DNA of 9,488 nucleotides from a virus (Duplodnaviria; Heunggongvirae; Uroviricota; Caudoviricetes): IMG/VR virus record IMGVR_UViG_2778261027_000012; one strand, 5' to 3'. Shown piece by piece: positions 6,032 to 9,488 of this stretch (position 1 is its first letter; each line of letters starts with the position of its first letter). The notes under the pieces were generated by a model. It saw only the letters and a program-made list of their open reading frames with translations, ran no database searches and was not told where the DNA came from. The position numbers and the translations under genes were made by a program.

Positions 6032-6058
6032 AACCCGCTTCGGCGGGTTTTTGTTTTT
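6032..6058 (+). terminator. Intrinsic terminator downstream of hok
   Basis: AACCCGC-TTCG-GCGGGTT perfect 7-bp stem with UUCG tetraloop (6032-6049), followed by TTTTTGTTTTT. Confidence 0.7.
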
Positions 6059-6183
6059 ATTTTCAACGCGTTTGAAGTTCCGGACGGCGCCGGAATAGAA
6101 TCAAAAATACTTAAGTAGCGCGCAGGGAGAAGAGGGATGGACCCCGAACAGGGGAGTGCTATTTATCTGGAAGGATTCTGTTG

Positions 6184-6441
6184 ATGAGAATCGAAGAATT
6201 ACGTGAAATTTTTAGTGAAGATGGCCTCTATACTGTGCGCGTTGAGAAGGGCGCTATTGTCAGCCACTGCCGTATTAAATGTTTACAGTCTCAACAAAGG
6301 AAGAGTGGAGCTGCGTTAATTCATTTTGTGGATGGGCTTGTGACGGATGGTTTTATTTTGCGTGCAAATGAATTTGTCACATCGTTGCCGTCTCTGAAAG
6401 AAGCTGGGATTAAGGCTGGTTTTTCTGCTTTTGAAGATTAG
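6184..6441 (+). CDS. Small hypothetical protein (85 aa), Rem-like by position (between hok and the DUF968 gene, as in Qin)
   Basis: ATG 6184 (the ORF track starts 3 nt earlier at TTG); SD-like AAGGA upstream. Identified by synteny only; I cannot verify the Rem sequence from memory. Confidence 0.55.
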   Translation: MRIEELREIFSEDGLYTVRVEKGAIVSHCRIKCLQSQQRKSGAALIHFVDGLVTDGFILRANEFVTSLPSLKEAGIKAGFSAFED

Positions 6442-6510
6442 TGAATTCATCTACAATTCAGCGCAGGGCTGAACCCCTGTTGAGTAACACTGTGCCACCG
6501 GAGAAAGCCG

Positions 6511-6789
6511 ATGGCGCAAAATTCCAGACTACACAATTCTGATAATTCAGCCGTCTTTGCCAGCAGGCACGGGCGGCGTTCTCATGCATTCAAATCTGAC
6601 TGGTTCCGGCACGCCCCATGCACTGAAGAACAGGCCGAATGGCTGATTCAGAACTACCGCAGACGTGGGGATGAGTTTAGGAAAGCCCTCAGCCTCGATT
6701 ATCGTCACTGGATAATCTACGTCAGGCTGCCGTACTCCGAGCGCCCACCGCGTCCGTCCCGCACATTCCAGCAACGCATCTGGAGGTAA
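6511..6789 (+). CDS. Hypothetical basic protein (92 aa), translationally coupled to the downstream DUF968 gene
   Basis: SD GGAGA, 4-nt spacer, ATG 6511. Coding-like codon pattern. Its TAA (6787-6789) sits inside the SD region of the next gene and 1 nt before that gene's GTG. No family recognised. Confidence 0.45.
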   Translation: MAQNSRLHNSDNSAVFASRHGRRSHAFKSDWFRHAPCTEEQAEWLIQNYRRRGDEFRKALSLDYRHWIIYVRLPYSERPPRPSRTFQQRIWR

Positions 6790-6790
6790 C

Positions 6791-7846
6791 GTGCGGGTAT
6801 TACTTCGACCTGTTCCGGTACCGGAACTTGGGTTGGTGGTCCTTAAACCAGGCCGTGAATCCATGCAGGTATTCCATAACCCTCGAGTGCTTGTGGAGCC
6901 GGAACCGAAAAGCATGCGCGGTCTGCCGTCCGGCATCGTCCCTGCCGTTCGCCAGCCGCTGGCGGAGGATAAATCATTACTGCCGTTTTTCAGCAATGAG
7001 CGTGTGATTCGTGCTGTTGGTGGCGCTGGTGCACTGTCTGACTGGCTGTTGCGTCATGTCAAATCCTGCCAGTGGCCTCATGGTGACTATCATCACAGTG
7101 AAACCGTTATTCACCGTTATGGTACCGGCGCAATGGTGTTGTGCTGGCACTGCGACAACCAGCTGCGTGACCAGACATCCGAATCACTCGAGCAACTTGC
7201 TCATCAAAACCTGTCAGCATGGATGATTGACGTCATCGGTCACGCAATAAGCGGTACGCAGGAGCGTGAATTATCTCTGGCTGAATTATCCTGGTGGGCG
7301 GTCCGCAATCAGGTGGCGGACGCGCTACCGGAAGCGGTATTACGTCGTTCGCTGGGGTTGCGTGCGGAAAAAATCCGCTCAATGTACCGTGAAAGCGACA
7401 TCGTACCGGGAGAGCAGACCGCCACCATCATACTGAAGCAGCGCACAAAAAATCTTGCGCCGCTGCCTCACGCCCACCAGCAAAACCCGCCACAGGAAAA
7501 GACGGTGGTCAGCATTGCCGTTGATCCGGAGTCACCGGCTCAGTATCTCCAGCGCCAGAAACCACAACGGGAAGAGATGCCTGTATACACGCGCTGGGTA
7601 AAAACGCAGAAATGCATGACGTGCGGTAATCAGGCAGATGATCCGCATCACATCATTGGTCATGGACTGGGAGGGATGGGAACAAAGGCTGATGATTTGT
7701 TTGTTATTCCGCTGTGCCGTAAATGCCATAGCGAACTACACGCCGGGGTAAAAGATTTTGAAGAAAAACACGGCAGCCAGCTGTTGTTGCTGATTCGTTT
7801 TTTAATGCACGCGAGAAATTCGGGTGTCCTGAAGTGGAAAGCATGA
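6791..7846 (+). CDS. ydfU: DUF968-family protein, YdfU-like (351 aa), with C-terminal HNH-like zinc-binding motif
   Basis: GTG start at 6791 with GGAGG SD. C-terminus (CMTCGNQADDPHHIIGHGLGGMGTKADDLFVIPLCRKCHSELH) has the Cys/His pattern typical of DUF968 proteins found upstream of rusA/Q in lambdoid prophages. Confidence 0.8.
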   Translation: MRVLLRPVPVPELGLVVLKPGRESMQVFHNPRVLVEPEPKSMRGLPSGIVPAVRQPLAEDKSLLPFFSNERVIRAVGGAGALSDWLLRHVKSCQWPHGDYHHSETVIHRYGTGAMVLCWHCDNQLRDQTSESLEQLAHQNLSAWMIDVIGHAISGTQERELSLAELSWWAVRNQVADALPEAVLRRSLGLRAEKIRSMYRESDIVPGEQTATIILKQRTKNLAPLPHAHQQNPPQEKTVVSIAVDPESPAQYLQRQKPQREEMPVYTRWVKTQKCMTCGNQADDPHHIIGHGLGGMGTKADDLFVIPLCRKCHSELHAGVKDFEEKHGSQLLLLIRFLMHARNSGVLKWKA

Positions 7847-8212
7847 ATGACTGAACGGATAGAATTTGTTTTGCCTTACCCGCCGACGGTGAATACCTAC
7901 TGGCGACGTCATGGCAATACGTATTTCATCTCGGAAGCCGGAAAGCGTTATCGCCGTGATGTGGCGCTAATTGTTCGCCAGCAGCGGCTGAAATTAAACC
8001 TGTCCGGAAGGCTGGTGATAAAGATTATTGCAGAGCCACCGGATAAGCGCCGTCGTGACCTGGACAATATCCTGAAAGCACCACTGGATGTGCTGACGCA
8101 TGCCGGACTTCTCATAGACGACGAGCAGTTTGATGAAATCAATATTGTGCGCGGTCAGCTCGTTCCTGGTGGGCGGCTGGGGATAAAAATCACAGAACTG
8201 GAGTGCGCATGA
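7847..8212 (+). CDS. rusA: RusA Holliday-junction resolvase (121 aa)
   Basis: MTERIEFVLPYPPTVNTYWRRHGN...DKRRRDLDNILKAPLDVLTHAGLLIDDEQF...GGRLGIKITEL matches the RusA pattern (PWPPSxNxYYR, RRRDLDN, GGRL) along the whole length. ATG 7847 directly follows the upstream TGA. Confidence 0.9.
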   Translation: MTERIEFVLPYPPTVNTYWRRHGNTYFISEAGKRYRRDVALIVRQQRLKLNLSGRLVIKIIAEPPDKRRRDLDNILKAPLDVLTHAGLLIDDEQFDEINIVRGQLVPGGRLGIKITELECA

Positions 8213-8898
8213 ATAACCACTATTTACAGTTTGTGCGTGAGCAGCTCATTATCGCCACCGCTGATTTGAGTGGGGCAACAAAAGGTCAGCTTGAAGCCTG
8301 GCAGGAGAATGCCATGTTCGATACAGGGCGTTACAGGCGAAAAAAAATCCGGTACCGCGATGAAGTGACTGGAAAAATGATAACGCGGGATAATCCACCA
8401 ATCCCGGGAAAGCAATCGCTGGCGAAGGTGACGTCAATTCCTCTGGTCAGTCCGGTTGAGTTTTCGACATCATCGTGGCGGCGGGCTGTTCTGTCTCTTG
8501 AAGAACATCATAAAGCCTGGTTGTTGTGGTGTTACAGCGGGAGTATTTGTTGGGAATATCAGATCGCGATAACACAGTGGGCGTGGAATGAATTTAATAC
8601 TCAATCCGGTACCAGAAAAATTGCTGGGAAAACGCAGGAACGCCTGAAAAAATTAATCTGGCTGGCGGCGCAGGCAGTAAAAGCAGAACTTTTTGGTGGG
8701 GAAGGTTATGAATATCAGGAGCTGGCATTACTGGCGGGAGTGACAACTAAAAACTGGTCCAAAACATTTACTCGTCACTGGGTTGCAATGAAACACATTT
8801 TTCACCGACTGGATAGTGAGGCTTTATTATTTGTAATGAGAACACGTTCAAAACAAAAGGCGGCATTTTCAAAGCAAAGTGTTGCAAAAGTAGATTGA
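8209..8898 (+). CDS. Late-gene antitermination protein Q (lambdoid Q family), 229 aa
   Basis: ATG 8209 overlaps the rusA stop (ATGA). Sits immediately upstream of a late-promoter/terminator module and the tRNA cluster, as Q does in Stx-type and Qin-type phages. Family assigned by size, position and general composition. Confidence 0.75.
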   Translation: MNNHYLQFVREQLIIATADLSGATKGQLEAWQENAMFDTGRYRRKKIRYRDEVTGKMITRDNPPIPGKQSLAKVTSIPLVSPVEFSTSSWRRAVLSLEEHHKAWLLWCYSGSICWEYQIAITQWAWNEFNTQSGTRKIAGKTQERLKKLIWLAAQAVKAELFGGEGYEYQELALLAGVTTKNWSKTFTRHWVAMKHIFHRLDSEALLFVMRTRSKQKAAFSKQSVAKVD

Positions 8899-8910
8899 AA
8901 GGCATATATT
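8882..8910 (+). promoter_or_regulatory. pR'-like late promoter (Q-modified transcription start region)
   Basis: TTGCAA (8882-8887), 17 bp, TATATT (8905-8910), straddling the Q stop codon; a strong terminator follows about 50 nt downstream, giving the short-transcript layout of lambdoid pR'-tR'. Confidence 0.45.
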
Positions 8911-8961
8911 TCATGCAAATCTGATATTTTGCCGATTTTGTACGTGATGGCAAAAGCAAAC

Positions 8962-8990
8962 AAAACCCGCCCACAAGCGGGTTTTGTTGT
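8962..8990 (+). terminator. Intrinsic terminator (tR'-like)
   Basis: AAAACCCGC-CCACAA-GCGGGTTTT perfect 9-bp stem (8962-8985) followed by a TTTTGTTGT run. Confidence 0.75.
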
Positions 8991-9055
8991 GCCACTTATC
9001 TCGGATAGACATGGTGAATGCGCTGGTGGAGGAGATAAGGGTGATTTTTGTATGC

Positions 9056-9084
9056 TTGCAACATTGATTTCGTAACGTTATTAT
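9056..9084 (+). promoter_or_regulatory. Candidate sigma70 promoter for the tRNA cluster
   Basis: TTGCAA (9056-9061), 17 bp, TATTAT (9079-9084), ending 9 nt before the first tRNA. Confidence 0.5.
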
Positions 9085-9093
9085 CCTGCGCCC

Positions 9094-9169
9094 GGCCCTT
9101 TAGCTCAGTGGTGAGAGCGAGCGACTCATAATCGCCAGGTCGCTGGTTCAAATCCAGCAAGGGCCACCA
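9094..9169 (+). tRNA. ileZ: tRNA with CAU anticodon, tRNA-Ile2 (lysidine type) by similarity to ileX; would be called Met by anticodon alone
   Basis: Hand-folded cloverleaf: 7-bp acceptor GGCCCTT/AAGGGCC, D-stem GCTC/GAGC, anticodon loop CTCATAA (anticodon 9127-9129), T-loop TTCAAAT, encoded CCA. Close to E. coli tRNA-Ile2 as I recall it. Confidence 0.9.
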
Positions 9170-9170
9170 A

Positions 9171-9246
9171 CCGCCACTAGCCATCAGGAAAGAGCGTCAA
9201 CCCTTTAAGTTGAGTGTGCGAGGTTCGAGTCCCCGGTGGTGGTCCA
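9171..9246 (+). tRNA. tRNA-like element with degenerate D-arm and atypical anticodon loop (CCTTTAA); possible tRNA pseudogene
   Basis: Canonical 73+CCA length. Acceptor pairs 7/7 with one G-U; anticodon stem TCAAC/GTTGA perfect; T-arm GGTTCGAGTCC with 4/5 stem pairs; D-stem pairs only 2/4; position 33 is C and position 14 is T. Apparent anticodon TTT. Confidence 0.4.
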
Positions 9247-9259
9247 TTATCGGTATTCT

Positions 9260-9333
9260 GCGTTGTTAGCTCAGCAGGACAGAGCAATTGCCTTCTAAGC
9301 AATCGGTCACTGGTTCGACTCCAGTACAACGCG
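9260..9333 (+). tRNA. argO: tRNA-Arg (anticodon UCU, reads AGA)
   Basis: Hand-folded: acceptor GCGTTGT/ACAACGC, D-stem GCTC/GAGC, anticodon stem ATTGC/GCAAT, loop CTTCTAA (anticodon 9294-9296), T-arm ACTGG-TTCGACT-CCAGT; CCA not encoded. Resembles E. coli argU. Confidence 0.9.
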
Positions 9334-9349
9334 CTACACTTATTTTCCC

Positions 9350-9373
9350 GGCTCGCTTTTGCGGGCCTTTTTT
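9350..9373 (+). terminator. Intrinsic terminator after the tRNA cluster
   Basis: GGCTCGC-TTTT-GCGGGCC (7-bp stem with one G-U) followed by TTTTTT. Confidence 0.6.
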
Positions 9374-9416
9374 GTATCTGCGCCACGCCCGGCGCATACC
9401 AACCACAGAGCCTTTC

Positions 9417-9488
9417 GGGGGGGGGGGGGGGTTACGGGGGGGGGAGTGGGGCGTTGGGGTGGGGCCCGGGCGGCCCGGGGGGTGGGGG
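9417..9488. other. G-rich low-complexity tail, probable sequencing or assembly artefact at a contig end
   Basis: About 70 nt that are almost all G, with a 14-G run, starting abruptly after normal-composition sequence; nothing comparable elsewhere in the window. Confidence 0.6.

Noticed and set aside
6442-6510. Hairpin TTCAGC-GCAGG-GCTGAA as a terminator
   Set aside because: Short 6-bp stem with no following T-run; it sits between two co-oriented genes and is more likely incidental.
6547-6996. 149-aa minus-strand ORF
   Set aside because: Fully overlapped by better-supported plus-strand genes (the 92-aa ORF and the DUF968 gene); no SD; composition typical of an antisense shadow ORF.
9417-9488. 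G-quadruplex-forming regulatory element
   Set aside because: The abrupt change to near-pure G at the window end is better explained by a sequencing or assembly artefact.
1-9488. CRISPR arrays, IS elements or transposase genes, integrase or attachment site
   Set aside because: No regularly spaced direct repeats, no transposase-like or integrase-like ORF and no terminal inverted repeats were seen; the window lies inside the prophage rather than at its ends.

Overview
This window reads as the immunity, replication and early-to-late control segment of a lambdoid (Qin / CP-933P-like) prophage in an Escherichia-type genome. All gene-family names below come from reading the translated ORFs and remembered family signatures; no database search was run. 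Left to right: a partial leftward ORF at the edge; a DicA-like CI repressor (minus strand) facing a DicC-like Cro gene that is frameshifted near its 5' end; a YdaT-like (CII-analog) gene; an O-like replication initiator (HTH N-terminus plus DnaT-like C-terminus) overlapping a lambda-P-like helicase loader; a winged-helix hypothetical protein. An accessory stretch follows (about 3850-5750): degenerate ORFs, then an AT-rich moron encoding an orphan secreted ModA-like periplasmic binding protein with a perfect 28-bp palindrome in its leader, then a second perfect 24-bp palindrome. After that come a Hok-family toxin locus with a conserved hok-type mRNA leader but no relBE, a Rem-like small ORF, a 92-aa ORF coupled to a DUF968 (YdfU-like) gene, RusA, antiterminator Q, a late-promoter/terminator module, and a tRNA cluster (Ile2-CAU, a degenerate tRNA-like element, Arg-UCU). 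The last ~70 nt are G-rich low-complexity sequence that looks like a contig-end artefact. The most novel candidate is the orphan binding-protein moron with its palindromic operator-like site; I cannot assign it a function from sequence alone.
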